The position numbers and the translations under genes were made by a program. A stretch of DNA of 59,621 nt, the filler included, from Basidioascus undulatus (taxonomy: Eukaryota), in the NCBI GenBank assembly GCA_000826855.1. It is 7 parts of 7 records of this genome, joined end to end, with 100 filler letters (N's around TTAATTAATTAA, not from the genome) between each part and the next. Parts side by side here need not be neighbours in the genome. Positions count along the whole stretch, not along the records: positions 11,133 to 16,590 come from JTLS01001929.1; positions 16,691 to 42,962 come from JTLS01000193.1; 5 more parts are not named here. One strand, given 5' to 3'. Shown piece by piece: positions 12,204-25,598 of this stretch (its first letter is position 1; every line of letters begins with the position of its first letter). Below the pieces are notes generated by a model that saw only the letters and a list, made by a program, of their open reading frames with translations, did not search any database and had not been told where the DNA came from.

Positions 12204-13659
12204 GGGGGTGCACGGACTTGGAGGGGGGTGTAGAGAGAGCGAGAGGTATGCAGAAAGAGGCATGGAGGAATGGAAGAATGCTGGTTTTGCTTCAGCTTCG
12301 CGCGCAGAGGCGGGCGGATGCGTGCTGGGTTTCAACGGCAGAGTGCCTGCCTTCCGCTCGTCGATCGCTCGCTCATCGCTCACCTCTTCGTCCTCCCGGA
12401 CCCCGAAGCCGCGGTCACCGGCCTATCATCCACACCAGCATCTCCCGTGAGCCGTCGACCCTCGGCGCGCTCATCTCAACAGCTTGCTTGTCGATGCCCC
12501 GTTTGTCGACTGACGGCGGTTCATGCCCCCCGCACTCGCTCGCCCGGTTCGCTCGCCTTCGTGCCCTTTCGCCTGCATGGCGCGAGCTGGACCGTCACGG
12601 ACTCTCAGCGGACAACCGCTCTTCCGCTCGCTCGGCTTTGACTCGACTTGCATTGACTGGCTGTACTCACTCGTCAGCCTAGTTCGGCTGACTAGCTTAT
12701 CTTCTCGCCCGCGGCACGTCTGCGCCTCGCACGGATCGGGGATGTCGTACACTCACCTCACTGTCCGGCCGCCTCGTGTCGTGCCCGCCGCGTCCGCACT
12801 TGGAAGCAAGTCGCCCGGCCGAGCTTCCTTTCACTTGCTATTAACTGACAACTGACGCGGGTGAAGATGTGACGCCTCGCGAGGAACGTTTCGTTCTCGA
12901 TGACTTCTCGAGTATCCGGACCGCATAGGAACGAGTGGCTAGTTCCACAATTCACCGTCTCGTTCACGATCCCCTTGCCCCTCCTCGGAGCGTGGTGCGC
13001 GGTGCTTGGGAAGAAAGGGTTCGCGGTATCGGCGGGGGCAGGGGGGCAGCGCTGCAACGTATGCCTTCTAGTCGCACTAAAAGTCGCTGATCGTCGAACC
13101 GTAGTATGCCAGAGGCACCTCTTCGAGAATGGCCTCTGAGGAAATCCGGTATTCGGGATCCTTCTTGAGCACCTCCCGGAACAACGGATCTTTGTAGAAG
13201 TCACATTCGGTAAGAAGACGAGTATGGAGGCTCCGGGCTCTGCTTCGCTTCGGATCTTCCTCGTCCGTAGGTGGAGTCCGACACGTCGTTGCTAAATCAC
13301 TTCGGCTTCTATTGACGCCTCCAAACTTGAATCAAGGCTCAAAAGTCCCGGCGAACAAAATGCACGTAGAGCTACTGGTTCCTTCCATGATCAACCTGTG
13401 CAACACGAAAGAAAAGGGCCAGCACGTCCCTCGGAAGCCCCTTCCCTCCACTGATACACCCGCTCGGAATCAACTCGTCCTTCCCTAATGGTCTTTCAAG
13501 AACTGATGGGGCCAGTGCTGCCCTTAACGCTTGGCCCGCATGACTAACAATCTGAAGGCCGTCCTTGTGTGACTGATGTGAGCACGATCTTTGGGGAGAA
13601 TGGGCGCTTGCCGTGAGATGACACAACCAGGAAACGTACTACTTATTATCACAAATGAC

Positions 13660-14270
13660 AGGGCGGGCATCGTCAAGGAGGACCAGCGCTCGAGCAAGGA
13701 GAAGTTGCGGAGGTTGGCCTTGAACAGGCCAGGCAGTTCAGCCTCGGACGGGCTGGGAAGAAGAGGAGACCATTTGCACCTCCAAAATACGCCCAGAACA
13801 TCTTGGTTTTTAGTTTCAGTAAATTAGCTTCAGCTTGCGGAGTCTTCTTAATGGAGAGGGTCAGGCTTGTTACGCGGACGCACCGCCCACGATGGGAACC
13901 AGGCCGATGAATACGTCGATAAGGACGTTGGAAACCTGCGGTCGATAGTTAATAATTTGTAGCACGCAGAAAACATGTATTTTAAACACCATTTATATTA
14001 GAAGCGAAGTTGGTGCCCCGAGGAGCCAGGAGAGGTAGAGCTGGTAGAGCGAGAGGAGAGACCACAAAGCATGTCGCCGACGAGCGGGAGAAGCGAGATG
14101 AGGTCCTCGAGCCCAATCTGTCCCCCAAAGCAGGAATATCATTGGCCTGAGAGTCTTTTATGGGATAAGGGGAACGTGTTGGGACCCACCTGTGTCAGAC
14201 ATCCTGCGTCCGTGAAGAGCGGCAGAGCATCGAGGATGAAAGCTATCTTGTAGGCGAAGATGTATCTGAG
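13660..14270 (-). pseudogene. DUF4112-domain membrane protein pseudogene
   Basis: Exons read IAFILDALP|IGLEDLISLLPLVGDMLCG, LLSLYQLYLSWLLGAP, NVLIDVFIGLVPIVG and FKANLRN. Frameshift near 14055 and in-frame TAA near 13994. Confidence 0.7.
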
Positions 14271-16590
14271 GTGGACGTTATCGCGGAAGCAAGTAAGCAT
14301 CAGAAGCCATATCATCCAGGAATAAGCTATGCTCGGACGTACATTGGTCGAACCTCGTCGCCATTGTGCGGCCGACTACAAGACAGCGCACCGACATCGA
14401 GCCTCAAGAAACGAAGTTCGGCCTCCTCCTCCCGAAGTGCAGCATCCGGGTCATCCCCGAGGCTCTTCAGGAGGTCTCGGAAAAAGCTCTCGAATGTTTC
14501 ATGTGTCATTGACGTTGTCTGGGTACAGTCTGCAGTCAGACTGGTGCGAGGAGGCAGGACAAGAAGCAGGACGAAACGCACTGCGTACTCCGCGACTTGC
14601 CGCGCCAGTTCCTTCAAGCGCTCGTTGAGAGACTCAGATAGCGGTCCCAAGCAGGTCTCGAGGTCTTTTTCCTGGTCCGAGGTGTCGATGCCTGCACCGC
14701 TGCTTTCGCTTTCAGCACGGCGAAGTCGACGTCTGTAGCCCGGTCGTGCGCGATCGAGTAGAACTGGTCCTTCTCCTCCCGTATCTGAAGAGAGGCGAGT
14801 GCCTTCAGAGGGCCTGCCGAGCTAACGGAGTGGAGATGAGGTTCCCTAGTAGCTTGAGGCAAAAGGCCACGTTGTCGTGCAGCATGTCGATCTCGGACGT
14901 CGTCTTGTAGAAAATGAGAACTTGGCCAACGACGCTCTTCCCTTTCACCGCAGTGCCTTCAAAGCGCCGAAGGGCGCAGCGCATTTTTCTGGGAACGGGG
15001 TGGTACAGCAATGATGAACGCAAGTAACTGTAGGCATCAAGGCAATTCCTTACGCATCCAGACATTCGACGGCCTCCAACACGTTTCCAGCCCTGCGCAA
15101 ACTCTCGCCGTGTTCAGACCTCAGCGTGTCTTCGAACAGGTCAAATATGTGCTGATCAAGCCCAATATTCAGCGGGGTATCCCAATGGAGATTTAGCTCA
15201 GCTCGTAGAGAAGTCATCGAAAAAATTCTCGAATGCGTGTTTGAGGTAGTCGTTCCGGAGCTTGTTCGCCAGGCGCCGAGCGTGTGACAGCCAGCGTTGT
15301 GTGAAGCGTTGGGGCTGTGAAACGTGCGCGACGATCATGAAGGAAGGGCCGGACATCCTGTGTAGGTGATTGTGGGGTCGAGTTGTCGACAAGCCAAAGC
15401 GTCCCAAGAGCGCAGTTGTGGACTGAACATAATCCGCATCGGTTCACGGAGAAAGACATGCGGGAGCAATATAGGTTCGATCAATCCAAAAGTGGACTTG
15501 TAGACACCAGTTGCACCTGCCCGTGCACCGAGGAAAAGGCAATATCCTGCTGTACAGGAGTCGGAGCCGGTACCACATCGATTGTCTCTCGGCCCAGCTG
15601 CTCTGAATCGCCACGCTCCATTCAGGCTTCCAGCCGCGCAGCTCCCATCCGCGCTTCGCAAGCCAGTCCGAGGGGTCCTGTCAGTAGTCCGGGTAAACTG
15701 TTCTGTCAACGCAATCCCACTGCGATTAATTGACAATACCGACCTTGATCCCTCTTGGGAGGACATTCCGAGGCTCCTTTTTCGGCTGTTCAACACACAG
15801 TCACTTAGGATACGTTCCTCACGCTTCTCGGGCCAGCTGAAGAAATGGTTACGAACCCCATGTGTCAGTTGCCTGTCATCGGCTATGCTGAATAGGCGGA
15901 GCAATTCCTCCTGGCACCGGCGCGCAAGTGTGCTTTGAAGAAGGTCCCAGCTACCTGCGTTGCCTTCGCCGAACGACACTGGAAGGGCTCCGGGGGCAAC
16001 GAGCTCATCCCTCTGATAGATGAAGCGTCGGTGCTCTGGCGAGTCGACGGCAACGCCGAGCCTTGCGGTTGCGCGGCGTACGCAAGTCTGCCGCCTTGAC
16101 TCCTGAGAACGCCTGTCAGTGAACCGATGGAACAAACATAACGGGGACATCGCCTCTCTTTCAGAGCGCTGGATTCGGCCCTGCAAGTTCTCCGGTTTAT
16201 GTTTTCTGAGGCTTCAGGCGATGTTCCTCGGTGAGCAATGTGACAAGCAACGCCAGCGAGCGAGTCACCGTCAGCGGACTTGCGTTGCTCCTGCCGGTAG
16301 GGCAAGACTTAGGGGATGGGCTTCAAAGGAGTGCCACCGCAAAAACTTGTGTATACGTTTATGAAAGCGATGGAATAATCACCGTCGCTGCTGGAGTTCT
16401 CAGAGCGCGGCATGCATTGGAAGAGCTTCAGACCGCACTCGGGGACGTGTTCACGAAGCCTGCAGGATGAAGTCAAAAGGTAGGGCGTATTGCGGCACGA
16501 CAGTTTCATGGTTGCACAATCCTATATAGTACACAGAGCTGTAGATTTTCGCTATTTACGAAAGTCATAATGCAACCCGGCACATGTCGC

Positions 16591-16690
16591 NNNNNNNNNN
16601 NNNNNNNNNNNNNNNNNNNNNNNNNNNNNNNNNNTTAATTAATTAANNNNNNNNNNNNNNNNNNNNNNNNNNNNNNNNNNNNNNNNNNNN
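16591..16690. other. Artificial contig linker
   Basis: N44-TTAATTAATTAA-N44. Confidence 0.98.
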
Positions 16691-16913
16691 GCCGCCGAGC
16701 GACCCCCCCACCCGCTCGCATACCCTGGTGTCGAGGCAGAGCTCGTCGGCCCACTTCTTTGGGCGCCGCGAGCACGAGTTGGCGGGGCCCGAGGAGCTCA
16801 GCGACGACGAGGACGAGGGCGCGCTAGACGAGAGGCTGAATAGGGAGATGAATGGACGGGACGTGTATGTCCTCAGCGTACCGAGGAGGCCGCTAGCGGT
16901 CGTTAATGCTTGA
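16691..16913 (+). CDS. 3' end of hypothetical protein (contig-truncated)
   Basis: GC-rich frame ending ...EELSDDEDEG...VLSVPRRPLAVVNA*. Confidence 0.5.
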
Positions 16914-18072
16914 TTAGCCTCCGCTCTTTTTCTGTTTCTCGGACAATAGGCTCATGCTACGTAGATGTGCTTCCTTTGATACCACATCACCCATACCACG
17001 TACCCCGGTCCCTCCCACGTTTTTGTCCGTTTCGTTCTTCCAAATTACGACCCTACGATACCCCACCCATACATGCTAACACTGTAGAACCCATACATCA
17101 CTCGCTCGTTCTTTACCTTCTGCAGCATACCGCACTTCTGTCTGGCTTTCGGGTTCTGCGTCTGCGTCTGCGCCTCGGCAGGGACGGCTGCGCGGAGATC
17201 GTGTTCGGAGGGAGCAGTTACGCACCAGACGAAACCCCATGGATTCGGGGCAAATCACTTTACTTTGTGAACTTGTACATGGCAGTCACATACCGGTCAA
17301 TGCAGTATGCGAGGATGATGTGGAGTGAGATCAACCTGCTACTCCTGAGTCCGGGAGTCTAGCTCTACTGTGCTCAGCCGCTCAGCGCTTCCTCATTTGC
17401 GGGGCTTTCCAGTTCCCCCCCTTTTTTTAGAAATGCGAACTATGGTGCGATCTTGCCCTCACTTCCATCCCTCCCGTCCTACAGTTCACACAGCCTCGCG
17501 TTTTGCCACGATTGGGCAGCGGCGCGCAACGGTCAGCAGCTTGTGGTTAGACGGAGAAGCTTGACATCATTCTCCCTTACATAAGGGGAAATTTGTAGGT
17601 AGAAACTTTCGCAGAAAAGAAGGATCGCACCGGTTTAAAACCGATAGAGGCGGAGATGCAGGCTGCCACCTTGGTAGACCTAAATAGGCCGAGTTCGTTA
17701 GTTGCCTCCCAAATGGTGACTTAGTTACCGATATAAATAGACTTAGGTAAGCTTCCGAATTGTGAAAAGCAACTGATGACTGATACAAGACAAGGATGCT
17801 CCATGCACGCCGTGCCAAAACAAATGAGTACCTTGGGATCAGGACCGCGCAAGTGCTTCTTCCACATTGCCCTCCAGTTCTGTGCATTTGTGCCCCAAGG
17901 ATGGCAGAAGGGAAAAGGTTAGATGAAGCGCCCAGCGAGCAGCGAACAGCGAGTTATGCGCACTGGGCTGCGTCGATCCAGGTTGCCTTCCAACGCTCAG
18001 CCTATCCCCCGCCTTCACTGAGCCTGATATTGCCAAGAGTTACCCAAACGCCCTTTGATCATCATCTCTACC

Positions 18073-19265
18073 ATGGACTGGCTTTCTAACGAGCTGCTCA
18101 GTCACATCTTAGGGTCTGTCGCCCAGGACGACTTGCGTTACCGCTGGTGGTCGGACCCGTACGGCAAGGGCGAGGACGTCCGGATCTTGAACGACATGCT
18201 AGTCTGCCGCCATTGGAACGTGAGGGCTTCAATTCACTTCATGCAGCTTAGGACCGAGGACTGATGTGGCAGATAGTCGCTCGCGGCCCCATCCTTTGAA
18301 CGTTGCCTCATCGTCCTAACTGGGCAACTCAATGGCTTGCCAAAGACCTCATCCGCCGCCACCTCCTTATCGTACGCCGATTTAGAGCTCATTTTGAACA
18401 ACGAGGACTACGGCAACATGCTCTTCCGCGATCTTGACGGTGCCATCCCCTCAACTCTCAACTTCGACACTGCCCTTCGCAGCCCTGCGTTCACGATCAC
18501 TCCGACGACGACGATGGGTCGGTCGGGATGTCTTTCGTAGCCGGAATCTCTTTCCACCCGGCCCTTAGCCATCTAAAAGAGCTCTCTTTTGACGTTACAG
18601 CCCCTTTTGATGTGCTCTTTCCGACCCTCACTCGGTTGTCCACCCTCGAGAAGCTCGCTCTTGGACTATACGAGCCGGTTCCACCAAAGGCGACGACCGT
18701 CGTCTTACAGTCCCTCTTATGCTCGATTTACCGTATCTGCTCTCTCTGGAAATCAGCAGACGCGGCGCCCCGACAGAGCGGGCACCTCGGATCTTCGAGG
18801 CTGCCGGTCCTCCGTTCGTTCGAGCTTCCGCTTAATAGCTTCTCACAGGAGGCCATACATGCCGCTCTTGAGGGGAGTGGCCTGCGCATCGAGGAGCTCC
18901 GCCTGTTTTCGAGCGAGCCATCCTGCCCCATCGAGGGTCTCTCCGAACTCTGTCCTTACTGCCCGCCTGCTTCCAACGCGGAGTCAGGCGCCGCTCTCCG
19001 CCAGTCACATCTCACAGCCAGTAAGCTTGGTGAGGAACACGACTTGCGTTGGGTCGAAGATGAGGGTTTTGAATCCATCTTGGCCTTTGCCACCCAATTG
19101 TCAAGGGAACAACTTCCGGCGCTGAGGTACATGGACGCCGGGGGGGATTGGAATACCCTGGGCGACAATAGTATTGACGTGTACGACCTCTTGGAAGACC
19201 CCGAGAACGTGAAGGCGGCACACTACGTCGGCCGTCTCGCTGCAGTCCTGGAAAAAGTAGGCTAG
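18073..19265 (+). CDS. F-box-like protein with LRR-like C-terminal region
   Basis: N-terminal MDWLSNELLSHIL...LVCRHWN is F-box-like. Downstream exons carry LxxLxxLxL-type repeats. 3' end uncertain. Confidence 0.6.
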
Positions 19266-19859
19266 TCGTTACTCTCGGACGGAGTATACACGCGGGCTAC
19301 GAACGTCGCTTGATCTCGAACCTACTTCTCATTGTTCCGCAACCACATTGACAGCCATCCTCATGAGTTGCGAGCCCCAGCCTTGCATCAGCTGCTTTTT
19401 GTCACGTCTCGTGAGGAACGCCAAGGCATGCAGGAAGGACTGTGATACTCCGAGAACGTCTCTCCTCGGTGTATCCGTAACATCAAATGAAGGGACTTGG
19501 GCATACACGCAACGAAATTCATTATGCAGACAGTTCAAGACGGAAATCGTGCAGCCAACTGGGGAGTGGGGACTAGCCTGAAGCGGCTCTTGATACTTTT
19601 AGAGTCCGCTCAGAGTATTTGGGACTTCAACCTCAACTATTCAGACCAGTATAATGGGGAGAAATAGGGATAAGTCCTGGATTCGCCAAACGACACGCCT
19701 CTGCTTGAGGGCAAGATCTCGTCGCGGGCCAGCTCGACCACTTTAATCACCCGGTGCAACTGGGAGATCCCCCTCTATCACAAGCATGGGAAAACTACCC
19801 AACCATAGGACATCTAGATTGAGCTCGGATGAGTTGACACTCTGGCGGACATTACGAAT

Positions 19860-20663
19860 CCACGGCTACCCTTTCGACCATGTTTCCGGAGTCGGACGAC
19901 GCTGAGGAGGTGAGGCTGTCACTCTCACTGGATGTACTTCCCTGCGACAGAGATAAGTTCCGCTGTTTTATTGGTTCATAGGCAAAACGCAGCTTGTAGG
20001 GCTATTAGGGCTCTCTTTGATCACTGTGTGTCGAAGGTCCAGGACAAAGGCTTGGAGGGAAAGGAGAAGGGCGCCGGAGCGAACCAACTCGATGGACCCC
20101 CCAGGCGCTACTCGCCGCGCTACTACACCGATCGGGCTCTCCTCATAAAAGTCGGCATACTCGACGGTGCTCCCGGCGTCAAACATGCCAAAGACCTCGG
20201 GGCTCATGTCTCCGGGGTCTGTTGGAGGTACTCTGACAAGGATGGTGCAATCGGCGTCAAAGTATTTTCGTTCCGTACATCTTTCCTGAACGGGGCTGAC
20301 TTCATTCGTACCTTCATTCGTACGACCTATGTTTTAGGGACATAGTCTCCTTCCGCGTGGCTTTATCAAAGTAAGTTATATTTAATGCGCGCTACATTCT
20401 TGACCACCATGCGAATCGCTTGTTGACGTTGATTTTGCGGACAGAACCCTCAAGCTTGGCTCCGCATGCGCGGCGTCGAGCTGGACGGCTGGGACAAGAG
20501 CTGGGCGGAGGCGCTTGAAGAGGCGCAACAGCGGGCCACACAGCATGGCACGCATCTCACCTGATCGAACCTGGAGTTGTGGTTGTTGCAGGAGATCGCC
20601 GTCGCCCTTTATGTCGACGACAGTATGTGGGTGGTAGCAGCGAAGGAAGATCGGGAGGCGTAA
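19860..20663 (+). pseudogene. Unrecognised family (PESDDxxE / GILDG / ELDGWD), copy 1
   Basis: Exons LSTMFPESDDAEE|, YYTDRALLIKVGILDGAPGV...GAIGVK|, LPRGFIK| and NPQAWLRMRGVELDGWD...T*SNL...EIAVALYV. In-frame TGA at 20562. Confidence 0.6.
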
Positions 20664-23104
20664 CGCATGTACGAAGCCGGAGCCTTTTACATTCTCGGTC
20701 CTTTGGTAATATAGAGCTATGTCTTTCAGAGAAGTCTTGTGGCCAGACCGCCGCCGTCGCTGCACAGGCTGTTGCGCAGTCCTGGCTCTCATGCCTTGAA
20801 GAGAAAGGTGTAGGAGCCCGGGGAAAGGAGCGTGGGCGGTACTCCAAGTCTGACTGAGGAGTGCGACTGACTGCATGAGCATAGACTTTGCACCGCAGAT
20901 ATTCAGCGCACCTTCAATCTATGAGACGAACTGCACAGCCTTGAACATAGTTACCTACTCCGTAACGCTTCCTGCAATCACGGAAGGGTGATATCGGCCG
21001 ACCCCCTTCCAACGCCATGGATTCCCAAAGACTCCCACCCATCCCTATGAGGATTTAATGCATTGAATAAAGTCTTGTTCCTTCAGAATTTCTCTCGACC
21101 AGGTACCCGACGCAGTCAACTGCAGAACGTCCAGCCAAGTCCAGCGATGGAAACAGGCTGTGGGCCCTTGCACAACCGCAAGGACTCTTTCAACTTGGAT
21201 TGGGAGCAAGCAAGGGGAAGAAAGAGGCAAATATGAAATATTAAGTAAAGAAAGTTTGGCAGTTTGGAGCATATATCGCATTGCGGCTGGCCGGTGACTA
21301 CGCGCGGTAGAGCTGACCGTGCGTGCTCAGTCTGACGGACTAGAGCGTGGCCTTCTACAGAACAGTATTTACATGATTCTCATGGGCAGAATAATATGGT
21401 CTCCTCTACACTGAACTTCCAACAAAGAAGCCCATTTGAAGATACGAAAGGTCGCCCAGACGCTCCAATATCAGGCCCAGGATTTCTCGGTTTTGTATAT
21501 CCGATCCACAGTTACACCACCGACCGCTCTGATCAAGTCCTTCTTCAAATGAGAGACTGATCCTAAGAGATCACATTGTGTTGTCAAGAGCAAGGAAGTA
21601 GTAGCCGGAAAGGATGAAGATGGATCAGGGGTGCGGCGCCAGGGAGGGAGGGCTTGCGCGCAGACGATTACCCGCTTGCCTCTCAAATCTTCGCCCGAAA
21701 CTTCATATTGTCTCCTCCTAACTAGATTTCTCGTACTCCCATCAGGTGGACTTGCAGCGCAGACTTGAAGCGGTATGCGTATTTGCCCGCCGCGGCGAAC
21801 ATCGGCGTTCGGCCTCGAGAATATCCTTCCAGGCGTTGAAGATTTGGAAGTGGAGGGGCGTACATTTCGCGCCAGATCAGGGCGGCAAGGGGTAAGGTCC
21901 GCGCAAGGCAGGTTGCGTTTCAGCTCAGGTTCAATTTAGCAGAGCATGCCTCTCCTGTGAACCGGGTACTTTCTACAAGTGCTCTGTATCCTCTCAAGCG
22001 TCGATATGGCTCAATATCCGCAAGTGTTCTGGAGAGGAGAGGTCAAACTGAACGGATTAATAGCGCATGAAAGGGGAGGTACTTTTTTTTCTCAAGTGAA
22101 AGGAATTGGCGGGCTCGAACGGGTGGACTGTGAGGTTACGTTTGAGCCTCAATTTGACGTGAACAGATGAAAGGAAGATGCAGACAGCATACTGAGTAAA
22201 TATGTATTTGCAAGTCTGTCGACAGCACGGCCCACGCGCCCTGGCGGCCTCTGCTCGTTTCTCCCTTTCGCTCTCGCTCTTGTCTTCGCCCTCTCGCCTC
22301 GCCCTCCTCGCCTCCTCCTCCTTCTCCTCGCCGCTCCCCCGCCGCCCGCCCGCTCGCCCTCCCAAACGCTGCCGTTCCTACTGTCCATTATTCGCGCATT
22401 CTACACGGCTTAATCCATCCTACCACCCGCTGCTACATTCTATATTTCTTATCTCGTGCCGCCCGAGGTCAAGCGACCCTCCGCCCTCCCGGACCTCGAG
22501 TTCGTCCCGTTCTCGCTCCTCCCGCTTCCATTCGCCCGGATCCGCAGCCATCCGTTAAGGACAGGCTGTCTTGCTGCCCAGCATAGGCAAACAATCCAGA
22601 CGCTTGAGCTTGGGCCTCTCCCTCAAGTGAGTCTTCCCCGTTCCAAGAGTTTTCCCCTCTTCAATGTCCGTGTTTGCTGGTCGGGATGGGTTGGAATGGA
22701 ACACTGGGTGCTGGACGGTGCAGGTGCGGGTGCCGAGGCTGGCTTGGTGCGATCCCAGCTCACTCCCGCCGCTTGGTACCCCCTGCACACTCTGCAATCC
22801 AACATTCACATGTATTCGTGCGGACTGCACCCGCAGCTTCCGCACACATCGCACATGCCAATACTCATGTGCAATCAATCAATATCCGTTCTCAATTCGC
22901 TGACCCACCGCCGCGTCCCCTCTGCTCGTCTGCAGCCCGCCCTCTCCGACGCAGACGCCCGCGTCGTACAAGCCGCTTCCCTCGCCGACGACCCTCACCC
23001 GGCCCTCGCGCTCATCCTCTCAGTCCTCGACCTCCAAGGTTCGCTTCGCAGACGACCCTTTCGCCGACCCCTCCGACAAGTCCCAGCGCGACCGCGAGCA
23101 CAAG

Positions 23105-25598
23105 ATGAGCACCTCGAAGCCCCGCCAGCAGACCAACTCGCACACGATGAAGACCACTCATCGTGGGCGGCCGTTCCTCAAGGTGAGTTTGCGTGGTTTC
23201 GATTGTGGCTCGGGGGGCGCCTGGTGAAGGGAGAGAGGAACAGGGGTCCGTGCGAGCCGGAAGACCGGAAGACGGAGGCCGCCTGCGCATCATTTCGCTG
23301 ACATTCCTCTGTCTCTCATAGGACACTCACGACCTCTACGCGACCCTCATCGTTTCCTTGAACCTCGGCGTGCACCGACAATTCTTCAAGTCGTACCCCA
23401 ACTCGTTCACGACCGGTGCGTAGCCGACCTCAACCCGTAGCCCAGCGCGCTCTGCTCACAGCTCTGCCCCCGCCCCGCCCACAGATGAAGCCGCCTCCAA
23501 CCTGTCGCAGCTCAAGTTCGCGCAGTCGAACCGAACACCCGATCCTCGCGACCCGACCCGCATCATCACGACGACGACCACGACCACGTTCTCGATGAAC
23601 CGCGAGATGGCCAAGGGCGTGTGCCAGATCTTCATGGACGCGCGGCTGATTGAGAACGCTGCGGACCCGTCCTCGGGTGTGTTCAAGGACCGGGGCGTCT
23701 ACATGCTCACGCCCAAGGGCCTCCATGTCCTCGAGCGCTTCATCACCAAGAACGGCATCTCCGCGGACCACCTCATGAAGGTCTTTGCGACGCAGCCGAT
23801 CTGCATGAAGCTCCTCCACCTCGAGCGCCGCGCATCGGACGACGAGATCCTCATCACCCGCCCCGTCATCGAGGTCATCTTCCGCCGCTTCGTCGGCCGC
23901 CAAGCCAACTACCTCCACCAATCCTCGACCGCCTCCTCCTCCGCTTCCACCTCCTCCGCCACCGGTCCTTCCGCAGGCCGCAACTCAGGCACGAACCTCG
24001 ACTTCGACCGCACCCTCGGCGTCGAGATGAACGAGCTCCCCGCGGCGTCCGTCGTGCCGCCCAAGGGCGTCGCGGCCCCCGCGCCGGGAACGTCCGTCAA
24101 GCACACATTCGCCGCCATCGCCGCGCTCGACTGGCTCACCGATTTCACGACCATCATCGGCCGCGACGAGGCCGCGGAGGTCGCCGCGCACTTTGTCCGC
24201 TACGGCCTCATCGAGCTCCTCATGGACCGCAGCAGGAAGGAGGACAGCAGCATGATAGTTACGGTCAAGGCTTCGGGCGCATCGGGTGGTGCGGCGGTAC
24301 GTTTTCTCTTCGTTTCTCTGATCAAACGTCGCTGGGATTGAATGCTGATCGTGTCGTGGTTTACTCGAGTAGGAGGCCGAATTCCGGTGTACGTCCAAGG
24401 CTGTCTACCGCGTTACGGACGAGGGTCGTCGCGTCGCGCGCTGGGACCGGGCACCCGCTGCCACGGCGTCCACGTCCGCCTCCGCCTCCGCATCCGCGTC
24501 TGCACGTCCCGTCACCGGCTCCTCCGAGGCGCGCGCCTCCTCTGACTCGCTCGGCGAGCGCTCCTACGGCCCGGGCGGGAAGTCGAGCAGCGGTTCGGAC
24601 CCGAAGCTGTCGCGGCGGACGTCGATGGCCGAGCGCCTGCGCGCAGAGTACCTCACCTCCTCCGGCGACGTCACGACCGGCGCTGCCGCGAACGCCGCAG
24701 CGCACCACAAGGAGTCCAACACCGGCCGGCTGAAGCAGATCCTCGACGAGCCTGCGCTGCGCAGCCTGTTCCGCGAGTTCCTCCGCGGCAACTTCTGCGA
24801 GGAGAACTTGAGCTTCTGGCTGGACGTTCAGGACTTCAAGCGCCGGTTCGGGACGACGAGCTCTGCGGTTGCGAGCGGCTCCGGGGGCACGAGCGGCGCG
24901 AGGAGCGGCAAGACGTATGGCGCTACGGCGATGGAGAAGCACCAGCAGGAGCTGATTGCGATGGCGTTCGTCATGTGAGTGGGCTTATCCCCTCTTTTCC
25001 TGCCTCCGTCACTATTCATGTTCGACCCTGCTGAGCTGACGTTTTGCTTGTCGCCCACAGCTACAACACGTACCTTGCGCCTGCGTCTCCCTGCGAGCTC
25101 AACATCGACCACAACCTGCGCGCGGAGCTCGTCGACTACATGTCCAAGATCCGCGAGGAGGCCAAGGAGAAGCACGGCCCGGACATTACGGCGCAGACGG
25201 TCGACGGCGTCGTGCCCCTGCACGCGTCCCAGCTCCAGACGATGGTCAAGCTCTACGAACGCATCCAGGCGTATATCTTCCGACTCATGGCGACGGACTC
25301 GGTGCCGAAGGTGCATTCGCTTCATTCTAAGCCCGCTCGATTTCAACCTCTTCCGTGTCAGTCGACTGACGCTTTTTGGCCGGGTCTGCAGTTCATCAAA
25401 ACTGAGCGCTTCCTTGCGCTCATGAAGTCGGTCGACGAGTACGCAGACGCTGTCGCAGCGGAGCGCGACGCCGAGGCAGCGGCCGCGGCGGGGGGAGTAT
25501 CACCCGTGCCGAGCACGCCTGTCGTACCCTCCGGAGGGGACAAGGCGCACCTGAACGTCTCGCTCGCTGCGTCTGCGAAGCAGTCCGGGTCGAGCTAG
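23105..25598 (+). CDS. Regulator of G-protein signalling with DEP and RGS domains (FlbA/Sst2/Crg1 type)
   Basis: MKTTHRGRPFLK|DTHDL, DPTRIITTTTTTTFSM, LTPKGLHVLERF, and RGS core LFREFLRGNFCEENLSFW...YLAPASPCELNIDH...LMATDSVPK|F. Five coding introns. Confidence 0.95.

Noticed and set aside
14327..16400. Possible multi-exon gene on the minus strand
   Set aside because: Some coding-like blocks are present, but I could not support a consistent gene model or family.
20562..20564. Alternative nuclear code (TGA=Trp)
   Set aside because: NOP58, THR1 and the fusion gene all terminate normally at TGA.
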